Shown here: piece by piece, positions 50,617 through 59,498 of the stretch | Numbering within the stretch: position 1 is the stretch's first letter | Layout of the letters: each line of letters opens with the position of its first letter | NCBI GenBank assembly: GCA_035688315.1 | Contig: DASSND010000066.1 | Span: 4,237-68,236 of the forward strand | Reading direction: 5' to 3' | Origin: Gaiellaceae bacterium | GTDB taxonomy: Bacteria; Actinomycetota; Thermoleophilia; Gaiellales; Gaiellaceae | Length of the DNA: 64,000 nt | Notes under the pieces: generated by a model | Seen by the model: only the letters and a program-made list of their open reading frames with translations | What the model was told of the DNA's origin: nothing | Databases searched by the model: none | Program-made: the position numbers and the translations under genes

Positions 50617-52530
50617 TCAGGCGACGCGGGCGAGCGCGGCCAGCAGCTCCGTGCCGTAGCGCTCGAGCTTCGCCGGGCCGATCCCCGGCACCGCGGCCAG
50701 CTCCGCGAGCGTGCGCGGAGTCCGCGCGACCAGCTCGGCGAGCGTGCGGTCGTTGAAGACGACGTACGCCGGCACCTCCTCCGCCCGCGCGCGGGCGAGC
50801 CGCCACTCCTTCAGCGCGAGCACCGCAGGCGTCTGCTCGAGCTTCGGCTTCGCCGCCGCCGCGGGCGCCGTCGCCGGCACGCCCAGCTCCTCGAGGAACC
50901 GGCTCGGCTTCCCCGACCAGGTGACGAGCAGGTGCCGCCTCGCCCGCGTCAGGCCGACGTAGAGCAGCCGCCGCTCCTCCTCCAGCTCCTCGCCGCGGGC
51001 GCGACGGCTCGGCAGCTCCCCCTCCTCGAGCCGCGGCAGCGCCACCGCCTCCCACTCGAGCCCCTTCGCCCGGTGCAGCGTCAGCAGGTGGACGCCGCGG
51101 CCGGCCGACTCGCCGAAGCGCTCGTGCAGGGACGAGACGAACTCGCCGACGTCGCCGTCGAACTCCTCGGCGAGCCGGACGAGCCGGGCGAGGTCAGCCT
51201 GCCGCGTCTGCTCGCGCTCGCCGAGCTTCTCCGGCGGGACGGCCAGCAGCCCCTGCCGCGCCGCGACGGTCTCGACCACCTCGGCCGCCGGGCCGCGCGC
51301 CCCGCGCACGGCCTTCAGCAGCTGCCGCGCCGCGTCGCGGGCGAGCAGCGACGCCCCCTGGAACGGGATGCGGGCCTCGTGGAACGCCTCCTCGAACTCG
51401 GTCGTCCGCGCGTTCGTCCGCACGAGCACGGCGACCTGCTCGAGCGGGACGCCCGTCGCCGCCACCTCGCGCACCCAGGCGGCCACGTCGACGCCCGGAC
51501 GGACGACCGGCTCCGGTCCGTCCGGCAGCGTCGCGGCGAGCGTCTTCGCGGAGCCGCCGAGCCGCGGCACGAGCCGGTTCGCGAACTCGAGCACCTGCGG
51601 GCTCGAGCGGTAGTTCCGCTCCAGCCGCACCACCCGCGCGTGCGGGAAGCGCTCGGGCAGCTCGAGCAGCCAGCGCGCCGTCGCGCCCGTGAACCCGTAG
51701 ATCGACTGGTAGTCGTCGCCGACGACGCAGAGGTCGTCGCGCGGGCCGACCCAGAGGTCGAGCAGCGCCTGCTGCAGGAGGTTCACGTCCTGGTACTCGT
51801 CGACCGTGAAGGCGCGCCAGCGGTCGCGCACGGCGGCGAGCGCCTGCTCGTCCTCCTCGAGCAGCGCGACGGTGCGCGCGAGCAGATCCTCGAAGTCGAG
51901 CGCGCCCTCGGCGTCCTTGCGCCGCTCGTACTCGCGGAAGACGCGCAGCATCAGGTCGGGCGGGATCGGCGGCTCGTGCTCGCCGAGCCCCTCGTAGTAG
52001 GTCTCCGGGGCGAGCCGCCGGTTCTTCGCCCACTCGATCTCGGTCGCGAGGTCGCCGGCCGGGCGGAACCGGTACGGCACCGGCAGCCCGTTGCCGATCC
52101 GGCGCAGCAGCAGCGCCTTCGTCGCGAGGATCCTGCCCGGGTCGCCGCGGAAGTGGCGGAGCAGCGCGAGCGCCGCCGAATGGAAGGTCGAGGCGCGCAC
52201 GCCCTCGACGCCGAGCGCCCGCAGCCGCGACCGCAGCTCGCCCGCCGCCTTGTCGGTGAACGTCACCGCGACGATCCGGCCGGGCGGGAAGGCGCCGCTC
52301 GCCACCTGCCAGGCGATCCGGCGCGTGATCGTCGTCGTCTTGCCCGTGCCGGCGCCGGCGAGGATGCACAGGGGCCCCCGCACCGCCTCCGCGGCGGCGC
52401 GCTGCTCGGGGTTCAGCCCGTCGAGGATCGGCGCGGCATCCAGACGGCCACCGTAGCGGCCTCGCCGGTCGACTTCCTCACGCGCGTGTGGCGACTTCGT
52501 GCCGAGGTCCGGCGCGGCGGGCAGAATCAC
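50617..52530 (-). CDS. UvrD/PcrA/Rep-family DNA helicase with a C-terminal HRDC-like domain (UvrD2-like)
   Basis: Contains LNPEQRAAAEAVRGPLCILAGAGTGKTTTITRR (Walker A), AVTFTDKAAGEL, FTVDEYQDVNLLQ, NYRSS, LLTLHRAKGLEWEAV and LLYVGLTRARRHL. The C-terminal region is AYVVFNDRTLAELVARTPRTLAELAAVPGIGPAKLERYG. The start is uncertain: the only in-frame ATG/GTG upstream of the conserved N-terminus is GTG at 52530. Confidence 0.8.
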   Translation of the reverse strand: MILPAAPDLGTKSPHAREEVDRRGRYGGRLDAAPILDGLNPEQRAAAEAVRGPLCILAGAGTGKTTTITRRIAWQVASGAFPPGRIVAVTFTDKAAGELRSRLRALGVEGVRASTFHSAALALLRHFRGDPGRILATKALLLRRIGNGLPVPYRFRPAGDLATEIEWAKNRRLAPETYYEGLGEHEPPIPPDLMLRVFREYERRKDAEGALDFEDLLARTVALLEEDEQALAAVRDRWRAFTVDEYQDVNLLQQALLDLWVGPRDDLCVVGDDYQSIYGFTGATARWLLELPERFPHARVVRLERNYRSSPQVLEFANRLVPRLGGSAKTLAATLPDGPEPVVRPGVDVAAWVREVAATGVPLEQVAVLVRTNARTTEFEEAFHEARIPFQGASLLARDAARQLLKAVRGARGPAAEVVETVAARQGLLAVPPEKLGEREQTRQADLARLVRLAEEFDGDVGEFVSSLHERFGESAGRGVHLLTLHRAKGLEWEAVALPRLEEGELPSRRARGEELEEERRLLYVGLTRARRHLLVTWSGKPSRFLEELGVPATAPAAAAKPKLEQTPAVLALKEWRLARARAEEVPAYVVFNDRTLAELVARTPRTLAELAAVPGIGPAKLERYGTELLAALARVA

Positions 52531-52533
52531 CCC

Positions 52534-53160
52534 ATGGACGGTCTGGTGCGCGACCGCCTCGACGCGCGCGGCGCGCTGCGGCTCGCCGGCGTCTTCGTCG
52601 CCGCCCTCGTCGTCGTGATCGCCCTCGTCGCGGCGGGCGTCTACCTCTGGCTGCGCACCTACACGCCCCTCGGGACGACCGCCGGGTCGGTGTCGCCGGG
52701 GCCGGGCGTCGGCGCCGTGATCGAGCCCGCGGTCGGCTCCGGCGGCAAGACGGTCTTCTTCCCGGCCTACCGCAAGGGGCGGGACTTCGTCGCCTCGTTC
52801 ACGCTCCACAACGGCGGCCACTTCACCGTCACCGTCGAGGGGCTCGTGCCGGAGCAGCCGGACGTGCCGCCGTGGATCGGCCCGGTCGAGCTGCTCAGCA
52901 CCGACTCCGTCTCGACCGGCACGCCCGTCACCCACACGCGCCGCTTCCGGCCGTTCGAGCTGTCGGCGGGCGACAGCGCGGTGCTCGTCGCGCGCTTCCG
53001 CACCGCCTGCCCGGCCCGGCGCGCGCGGGTGCCCTCGGTCTTCGCGGACACGCTGCGCCTCCGCTACACCTACGCCCGCTGGTTCACGCGGACGCAGCGG
53101 ATCTCGCTGCCGTTCGCGGTGACCCTACGGTGCGTCGGCGGGCCGCTCGCGAAGCCCTAG
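52534..53160 (+). CDS. Hypothetical N-terminally anchored protein (208 aa)
   Basis: In-frame ATG at 52534 in track ORF 50521..53160. Sequence: MDGLVRDRLDARGALRLAGVFVAALVVVIALVAAGVYLWLRTY..., then a beta-rich soluble domain (FTLHNGGHFTVTVEG...). No family recognised. Confidence 0.5.
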   Translation: MDGLVRDRLDARGALRLAGVFVAALVVVIALVAAGVYLWLRTYTPLGTTAGSVSPGPGVGAVIEPAVGSGGKTVFFPAYRKGRDFVASFTLHNGGHFTVTVEGLVPEQPDVPPWIGPVELLSTDSVSTGTPVTHTRRFRPFELSAGDSAVLVARFRTACPARRARVPSVFADTLRLRYTYARWFTRTQRISLPFAVTLRCVGGPLAKP

Positions 53161-55086
53161 CGCCTCGCCGCCGCGGACTGCGTCCCCGTCCTGCGGTCGC
53201 GGCGCCGGGGCGCCGTTCCGTCTCGGCTCGCGCACGAGCATCCCGAGCTTCGCGACGACCTCGAGCGTGTCGCCCTCGTCGACGAGCCGGTCCAGCTCGG
53301 CGAGGTGCTCGGCCAGCCAGCCGTCGTCCACCGGCGGCCTGCTCAGCCGCATGATCTTCGGGTGCGCGGTCGCGCCGACCGACTCGGCCTCGCTCCACAG
53401 CTCCTCGTGGATCTTCTCGCCGGGGCGCGAGCCGACGAACTGGATGCGGATGTCGCGCGGCCCCGCCGCTGTGTCGCCGGGCAGCCGCGGCTCGTGGCCG
53501 GAGAGCCGGATCATGTTCGTCGCCAGGTCGACGATCCGCACCGGCTCGCCCATGTCGAGCACGAACACCTGGCCGCGGCCGCCGATCGCCCCCGCCTGCA
53601 CGACGAGCGAGACCGCCTCCGGGATCGTCATGAAGTAGCGCGTCATCTCGGGATGGGTCACCGTCACCGGGCCGCCGCGCTCGATCTGCTTGCGGAAGGT
53701 CGGGATCACGCTCCCGGACGAGTTGAGGACGTTGCCGAAGCGGACGGCGACGAAGCGCGTCTTCACGTCGCGCCGGTGGCCGAGCGCCTCGACGATCCAC
53801 TCGCACACCGCCTTCGACTGGCCCATCATCGTCTTCGGGTTGACCGCCTTGTCGGTCGAGATGAGCACGAAGCGCTCGACCTCGAACTCCGCGGCCAGCT
53901 CCGAGACGACCCGGGTGCCGACGACGTTGTTGCGGACGGAGGCGAGCGGGTGCGTCTCGAGCAGCGGCACGTGCTTGTAGGCGGCGGCGTGGAAGACGAC
54001 CGTCGGCCGGTACTTCTCGAAGACCTCGCGCCGCAGCACCTTGCGGTCGGTCACGTCGACGAGCTTCGGCACCGCCGGCGTGAAGTCGCGCTCGGAGACC
54101 AGCTCGCGCTCGATCTCGAAGAGCGCGCCCTCGGCGTTGTCGACGAGGATCAGCCGCGCCGGCCGGACGCGCGCGATCTGGCGGCACAACTCCGAGCCGA
54201 TCGAGCCGCCCGCGCCGGTGACGAGGACGGTGTGGCCCTGCAGATAGGCGGCGACCTGCTCGAAGTCGACCTCGACCTGCTCGCGGCCGAGCACGTCCTG
54301 CACCTCGACGGGGCGGATCTGACCGGCGAGCCCGAGGTCGCCGGAGATCAGCTCGTAGAGGCCCGGCAGCGTCTTCACCTGCACGCGCGCCTCCTGCGCC
54401 ACCTCGACGATCCGCCGCCGCACCTCGCCCGAGACGGACGGCATCGCGATCAGCACCTCGTCCGGGCGGCGGTCGCGCAGCACGTGCGGCAGGTCGGCGA
54501 GCGTCCCGAGGACGCGCACGCCCATGATCCGGGTGTTGCGCTTGCGCGGGTCGTCGTCGACGAACCCGATCGGCGTGTAGCGGAGCATCCGCGAGCGCTG
54601 CATCTCCTGGACGATCAGGCGGCCCGCGTCGCCCGCCCCGACCACGAGCACCTCCTTGCCGCGCGCGACGACCGAGATCCCGGGCCGCTCGATCGCGGTG
54701 CGGGCGAGCAGCCGCGAGCCGGCGACGAGCGCGAGCGTCAGCAGCAGGTCGAGCGCCGCGATCCCGCGCGGCAGGCGCACGTTGTGCACCGGCGAGACGA
54801 GATAGACGGTCAGGTCGGCGATCAGGCAGGCGACGACGACGCCGCGCACGAGCGCCCACATGTCGCGCACCGAGACGTAGCGCCACCAGCGGTTGTAGAA
54901 GCCGAACGCGACGAAGACCGCGAGCTTGATCCCGATCACGAACAGGATCGTCCGCTGCAGCAGGTGCGTGTAGGGGACGTTCGGCCCGTGGTCGAAGCGC
55001 AGCTCGAACGCGAGCCACCACGCGGCGGCGACGATCGCCGCGTCCACCAGCAGCTGCCACAGCCGGTGGCGGGCGAAGAGCCTCAT
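53125..55086 (-). CDS. Membrane-bound nucleotide-sugar 4,6-dehydratase (CapD/PglF/WbpM family polysaccharide biosynthesis protein)
   Basis: In-frame ATG at 55086 (ATGA overlap). Four N-terminal TM helices, then VLVVGAGDAGRLI, TVLVTGAGGSIGSELCRQ, VFHAAAYKHVPLLE, LISTDKAVNPKTMMGQSK and VRFGNVLNSSGSVIP. Confidence 0.9.
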   Translation of the reverse strand: MRLFARHRLWQLLVDAAIVAAAWWLAFELRFDHGPNVPYTHLLQRTILFVIGIKLAVFVAFGFYNRWWRYVSVRDMWALVRGVVVACLIADLTVYLVSPVHNVRLPRGIAALDLLLTLALVAGSRLLARTAIERPGISVVARGKEVLVVGAGDAGRLIVQEMQRSRMLRYTPIGFVDDDPRKRNTRIMGVRVLGTLADLPHVLRDRRPDEVLIAMPSVSGEVRRRIVEVAQEARVQVKTLPGLYELISGDLGLAGQIRPVEVQDVLGREQVEVDFEQVAAYLQGHTVLVTGAGGSIGSELCRQIARVRPARLILVDNAEGALFEIERELVSERDFTPAVPKLVDVTDRKVLRREVFEKYRPTVVFHAAAYKHVPLLETHPLASVRNNVVGTRVVSELAAEFEVERFVLISTDKAVNPKTMMGQSKAVCEWIVEALGHRRDVKTRFVAVRFGNVLNSSGSVIPTFRKQIERGGPVTVTHPEMTRYFMTIPEAVSLVVQAGAIGGRGQVFVLDMGEPVRIVDLATNMIRLSGHEPRLPGDTAAGPRDIRIQFVGSRPGEKIHEELWSEAESVGATAHPKIMRLSRPPVDDGWLAEHLAELDRLVDEGDTLEVVAKLGMLVREPRRNGAPAPRPQDGDAVRGGEALGLRERPADAP

Positions 55087-56171
55087 GCGCGGACGGTCGA
55101 GCCCACCGCCGCGCGCACGACCTCGACCACCCGTTCCTGCGCCTCGGCCGGCATCCCCGGCCAGAGCGGAACGGAGAAGTTCTCGGTCGCGACCTGCTCG
55201 GTCACCGGCAGCGACCCCCGCTCCCAGCCGAGGAAGCGGAGCGCGGGCTGCAGGTGGAGCGGCGTCGTGTAGTACGTCGCCGAGGCGATGCCCGCCTCCG
55301 TGAGCGCGGCTCGGATCCGGTCGCGCTCCGGCGAGCGGCAGACGAAGAGGTGGTAGATGTGGCCGGGCTCGTCCTGCGGCAGCTCGACCAGCTCGCCAAG
55401 GCCCAGCTCGGCGTAGCGGGCGGCCGCCTCGCGGCGGCCGGCGTTCCACTCCGCGAGCTTCGGCAGGAAGATCCGCAGCATCGCCGCCTGCACCTCGTCG
55501 AGGCGCGAGTTGTAGCCGACGAAGTCGAAGCCGGTCTTGTCGCGCGAGCCGTGGAAGGAGAGCATCTGGACGCGCTCGGCGAGCTGCTCGTCGTTCGTCG
55601 CGACGAGGCCGCCGTCGCCGAGGCAGAACAGGTTCTTCGTCGGGAAGAAACTGTACGTCGCGACGGTGCCCTGCCCGGCGACGCCCGGGGCGCCGAAGGC
55701 CTGCGCCGCGTCCTCGATCACCGGCAGGCCGTGCGCGAGCAGCGGCCCGAGCGGCAGCGGGCGGCCGAAGAGGTGGACGGGCATGATCGCGCGCGTCCGC
55801 CCGGTCACGCGGGCCGCGACGTCCTCCGGGTCGAGGTTGAGCGTCGTCGCGTCCACGTCCGCGAAAACCGGGGTGGCGCCGCGGCGGGCGATCGACTCGG
55901 CGGTCGCGTAGAACGTGAACGCGGGGCAGATCACCTCGTCGCCGGGGCCGATCCCGAGCGCGTCGAGCGCGAGCACGAGCGCGTCGGTGCCGTTCGCGAC
56001 CCCGATCGTGCGCCGCACCCCGAGATAGGCCGCCGCCTCGTCCTGGAAGGCCCAGTAGTGCGGCCCGCGGATGAACTGGCCCGAGTCGAGCACCTCGCGG
56101 AAGCGCGCCTCGAGCCGGGGGATCAGCTCCTCGTATTCGGAATGGACGTCAACGAGCGGAATCGTCTGCAT
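55083..56171 (-). CDS. DegT/DnrJ/EryC1/StrS family PLP-dependent sugar aminotransferase (PglE/WbpE-like)
   Basis: 362 aa. Contains FIRGPHYWAFQDEAAAYLG, VANGTDALVLAL, DEVICPAFTFYATAE and YSFFPTKNLFCLGDGG (PLP Lys). Confidence 0.9.
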   Translation of the reverse strand: MQTIPLVDVHSEYEELIPRLEARFREVLDSGQFIRGPHYWAFQDEAAAYLGVRRTIGVANGTDALVLALDALGIGPGDEVICPAFTFYATAESIARRGATPVFADVDATTLNLDPEDVAARVTGRTRAIMPVHLFGRPLPLGPLLAHGLPVIEDAAQAFGAPGVAGQGTVATYSFFPTKNLFCLGDGGLVATNDEQLAERVQMLSFHGSRDKTGFDFVGYNSRLDEVQAAMLRIFLPKLAEWNAGRREAAARYAELGLGELVELPQDEPGHIYHLFVCRSPERDRIRAALTEAGIASATYYTTPLHLQPALRFLGWERGSLPVTEQVATENFSVPLWPGMPAEAQERVVEVVRAAVGSTVRA

Positions 56172-56832
56172 GGCGAGTCACTGTAGCTGCGCGTACCCCG
56201 CGATACAGGAGATACGCCAGCCCGGCGACGATGCCTGCAACGACCGCGTATTCGACGTACTTGAAGCCCTCGTCGAAGCGCTCGTAGCCGGTTCCGAGCC
56301 CGTAGCCCGCACCGGCGATCCCGAACGCCCAGAGGGCGGAGCCCGCGAGCGTCAGCGCGGTGTACGGCGCGAGCCGCATCCCGAAGACGCCGGCCGGGAT
56401 CGAGACGAACGAGCGCACGACCGGCGTGATCCGCCCGAAGAGGACGCCGACGGTCCCCCAGCGCTCGAACCACGCCTCGGCGCGGTCGAGCCGGGCGGGG
56501 GTCAGGTGGAACCAGCGGCCGTGGCGCTCGAGCAGCGGCCGGCCGCCGTAGCGGCCGATCCCCCAGCCGACGAACGAGCCGGCGAGGTAGCCGAGCGTCC
56601 CGGCGAACGCGATCGCGAGGTACGCGTCGAGCCCGAACGGGACGTGCGCGCCGAAGACGTCGACCCCGTGCGCCGAGGAGAAGACGCCGGCCGCGACCGC
56701 GCCGCCGTAGAGCATGACCAGCTCGCTGAAGGCGGGGAAGACCGCGTCGATCGCCATCAGCGCGAAGACGGCGTAGACGCCGTGGGAGGCGACCTCGGAG
56801 GTGAAGCTCGAGGAGACGGACGCCAGCAGCAT
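56149..56832 (-). CDS. DedA / SNARE-associated family membrane protein
   Basis: 227 aa. Contains FALMAIDAVFPAFSELVMLYGG, GRYGGRPLLERHGRWFHL and FGRITPVVRSFVSIPAGVFGM. Confidence 0.85.
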   Translation of the reverse strand: MLLASVSSSFTSEVASHGVYAVFALMAIDAVFPAFSELVMLYGGAVAAGVFSSAHGVDVFGAHVPFGLDAYLAIAFAGTLGYLAGSFVGWGIGRYGGRPLLERHGRWFHLTPARLDRAEAWFERWGTVGVLFGRITPVVRSFVSIPAGVFGMRLAPYTALTLAGSALWAFGIAGAGYGLGTGYERFDEGFKYVEYAVVAGIVAGLAYLLYRGVRAATVTRHADDSAR

Positions 56833-56841
56833 CGGGCGACT

Positions 56842-58572
56842 CTACCGGGGCAGCGGCACCGCGAAGGGCGCGACCAGCGAGACCTTGCCGATGCTGCTCG
56901 TCGCCTCGACGCGCACCTGGTAGCCGCCGTTCGGCACCGCCCTGCCGCCCGACTTGCCGTCCCAGGTCTCGGTGTGGGCGCCGGGGCCGAGCGTGCCGCT
57001 GAAGAGCGTGCCGAGCGAGATGCCGTTCCGCCGCTCGACGGTGACGACCACCGAGGCGCTGCGCGTGAGCTGGAAGGTCGCGGCCGCCCCGCCGCTCGAG
57101 CCGCGCGCAACCGCGAGCCCGGCGAGCGTGTCGTCGAGGGAGAAGTCGCGGCGCGCGGTCGTCGTCTTGCCGGCGTCGTCGGCGGCGGTGACCGAGAAGC
57201 GCCACGCGCCCTCGCCTGCGCCCTTGCCGTCCCAGGCGAGCGTGTGCACGCCGGGCTGCTCGTCGTCGTCGGCGAGCTGGATCGACGCGCTGCCCGGGCC
57301 GGTCAGGGTGGCGACGACGTGGGAGGGGCGGACGAGCTTGTACGCGAAGGTCTGGGTGTCGTCGACGCCGTCGCCGTTCGGCGAGAGGACGGCGACCGCC
57401 GGCGGAGCGGCGTAGACGCCCGTGTAGGAGAGGACGAGCGCGTCGGAGACGGGCGCCTCGGCGGCGCCCGAGGGGCGGGTCAGCAGCGTCCCGTCGAACG
57501 CCATCCCGGCCTGCGTCCCGGAGCCGAGCCCGATCGCGGTGACGGCGCCGAGCCGCTTCATCGCGACGGCCAGCTCGTAGCTCGTCATGCCGACGCTGTA
57601 GGACGCGCGGCCGCCCTCGACGGTGACGAGCAGGATGCGGCCGTCGGCGAGCCGGCCGACCGCGCTGCGGGCGTTGCGCCGGTTCACGATCGCCGCCGCG
57701 AACGACTCCTTCGCGTCGAAGACGGGCTTGCCGTCCTGCACGAGCAGCGGGCCGCCGCCGAGCGCGGAGACCATCCCGCTCCAGCTGTTCGGGGTGAGCG
57801 TCAGCCGGATCTCGACCTGCTGCCCGACCGGCGCGTCGGCGGTGAGCGCCTGCGCCTGCTGCCCGCGCGCGACGAGCACGGCCCCGCCGGCGGGGATCGG
57901 CGTCAGCCCCGTCTGGACGACCTGGCCGACGGTGCCGGTGAGCGGCCGGTTCGGCGCGGCGGCCGGGAAGGAGGGGAGGACGACCTCGACGACGCCGCCC
58001 TCGTCCGGCGTCGTGGGGCCGTACGCGGGGGTGTAGAGGGTGGCGTGGCCCTTCGCGGGCGCCGCGTTCAGGTCGACGGGGCGGCGCTGGCCGGAGCCCT
58101 GCCAGGTGCCCTTGTAGGCGACGCGCGCGGCGGCGAGCGTCCCGTCGGCGGCGATCCCGAGGCTCGAGCGCGTGGCGAGCGGCGCCTTGTCGAGCGCGCC
58201 GTCGCGGAGGAGGATCCCGCTCGGCGCGCCGGTCGCGGTCGCGAAGTAGTCGCCGCTCACGCCGACGACGGTGGCCGAGCCGGAGAGCCGCTTCTCGAGC
58301 GCGGTCAGCGTCTCGGTGCCGAGGATCATCTCGTTCGAGAGGACGGGCGCGAGCGTGTAGGTGGAGCCGTCGGGGCGCGGCGCGGTGACGACGTCGAGGA
58401 CGACGGGGCCGCGCGGCGTGAACTCGACCTGGCGCGTGTAGGTGACGCCGGGCAGCAGCTCGCTCGTCGTCTGGGAGACGTCGCGGGCGCCGCCGCGGAG
58501 CGCGGTCGCTGCGAGGGCGGAGGAGGCGAGCAGCGCGAAGAGCGCGCCGGCGATCGGGAGCTTGCGAAGCAC
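56842..58572 (-). CDS. Secreted phosphodiester glycosidase (NAGPA-domain) protein with C-terminal FlgD-Ig-like domains
   Basis: 576 aa. The signal peptide is MLRKLPIAGALFALLASSALAA. Central region: VSGDYF...GILLRDG...ALGGGPLLVQDGKPVF...NARSAVGRLADGRILLVTVEG...MTSYELA. The tail has LSPNGDGVDD and two W-D-G-K Ig-like modules. Confidence 0.65.
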   Translation of the reverse strand: MLRKLPIAGALFALLASSALAATALRGGARDVSQTTSELLPGVTYTRQVEFTPRGPVVLDVVTAPRPDGSTYTLAPVLSNEMILGTETLTALEKRLSGSATVVGVSGDYFATATGAPSGILLRDGALDKAPLATRSSLGIAADGTLAAARVAYKGTWQGSGQRRPVDLNAAPAKGHATLYTPAYGPTTPDEGGVVEVVLPSFPAAAPNRPLTGTVGQVVQTGLTPIPAGGAVLVARGQQAQALTADAPVGQQVEIRLTLTPNSWSGMVSALGGGPLLVQDGKPVFDAKESFAAAIVNRRNARSAVGRLADGRILLVTVEGGRASYSVGMTSYELAVAMKRLGAVTAIGLGSGTQAGMAFDGTLLTRPSGAAEAPVSDALVLSYTGVYAAPPAVAVLSPNGDGVDDTQTFAYKLVRPSHVVATLTGPGSASIQLADDDEQPGVHTLAWDGKGAGEGAWRFSVTAADDAGKTTTARRDFSLDDTLAGLAVARGSSGGAAATFQLTRSASVVVTVERRNGISLGTLFSGTLGPGAHTETWDGKSGGRAVPNGGYQVRVEATSSIGKVSLVAPFAVPLPR

Positions 58573-58612
58573 GAGCCTGACGCAGGGTAGCCGGGTTGCG
58601 AGACTCCGGCCC

Positions 58613-58762
58613 GTGCTGGGGGAGGTCGACGCCGAGCTGCGCCGGCGCGCCGGCTTCTACCACCGGCTCGCGCCACGGTACGAGGCCGACTACGGGCTCG
58701 TCACGGAGCGACCGCCGCACGTGGCCGGCGGCGTCGCGGGCATCCGCGCCCGCCTGCCCTGA
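58613..58762 (+). pseudogene. Possible remnant of a SAM-dependent methyltransferase N-terminus (49 codons)
   Basis: The in-frame GTG within track ORF 58442..58762 gives VLGEVDAELRRRAGFYHRLAPRYEADYGLVTERPPHVAGGVAGIRARLP*. The F-Y-x-x-L-A-P-x-Y block is a common methyltransferase N-terminal motif, but no catalytic domain follows. It could equally be non-coding. Confidence 0.2.
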
Positions 58763-58775
58763 CTAGGCTCGGCGT

Positions 58776-59498
58776 GTGCGGCTCGCGCTCCTCTCCGACC
58801 AGCACGCGAACGACGTCGCCTTCGCGGCGGCGCTCGCGGACGCCGAGCGGGTCGGCGTCGACGAGCTCGTCTGCCTCGGCGACACGGCGCAGGGCGGGAC
58901 GCAGCCCGCCGAGACGCTCGACCGGCTGGCCGCGCTGGGCTGCGCGACGGTGCTCGGCAACGCCGACGCGTTCCTGCTCGAGGTGCCGGACGACTCGCCG
59001 GAGCCGATCGACGAACGGCAGCTCGAGGTGCGGGAGTGGACGCTGTCGCAGCTCTCGCCGGCGCACCTCGCGCAGATCGGGGCGTTCCCGCCGCTGGTGC
59101 GGCGCGAGATCGAGGGGGTCTCCCTCCTCTTCTGCCACGGCTCGCCGCGTTCCTACGACGACGTGCTCCTGCCCGAGCTGGGCGAGGACGCGCTCGCGCC
59201 GTTCCGCGGGCACGGCGCCGCGCTCCTCGCCGGGGGCCACACCCACCTGCAGTGGACGACGCGGATCGGCGAGACGCTCTACGTCAACCCGGGCAGCGTC
59301 GGCGTCTCCTACGACCGGCACCGCGACCCGCTCGCGGTGCGCCCGGTCGCCGACTGGGCGCTCGCGACGGTCGACGGCGGCGCGGTCGCGGTCGAGTTCC
59401 GCTCCGTCCCCTACGACGCCGCCGAGGTCGAGGCGGCGGCCCGGCGCAGCGGCCGCCCGCACGCCGAGGAGTGGGCGGCGCAGTGGACTGGCGGCTAG
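58776..59498 (+). CDS. Metallophosphoesterase family protein (YfcE/MJ0936-like)
   Basis: 240 aa. Contains LALLSDQHAN, LVCLGDTAQGG, GNADAF, LFCHGSP and GGHTHLQW. Confidence 0.8.
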   Translation: MRLALLSDQHANDVAFAAALADAERVGVDELVCLGDTAQGGTQPAETLDRLAALGCATVLGNADAFLLEVPDDSPEPIDERQLEVREWTLSQLSPAHLAQIGAFPPLVRREIEGVSLLFCHGSPRSYDDVLLPELGEDALAPFRGHGAALLAGGHTHLQWTTRIGETLYVNPGSVGVSYDRHRDPLAVRPVADWALATVDGGAVAVEFRSVPYDAAEVEAAARRSGRPHAEEWAAQWTGG

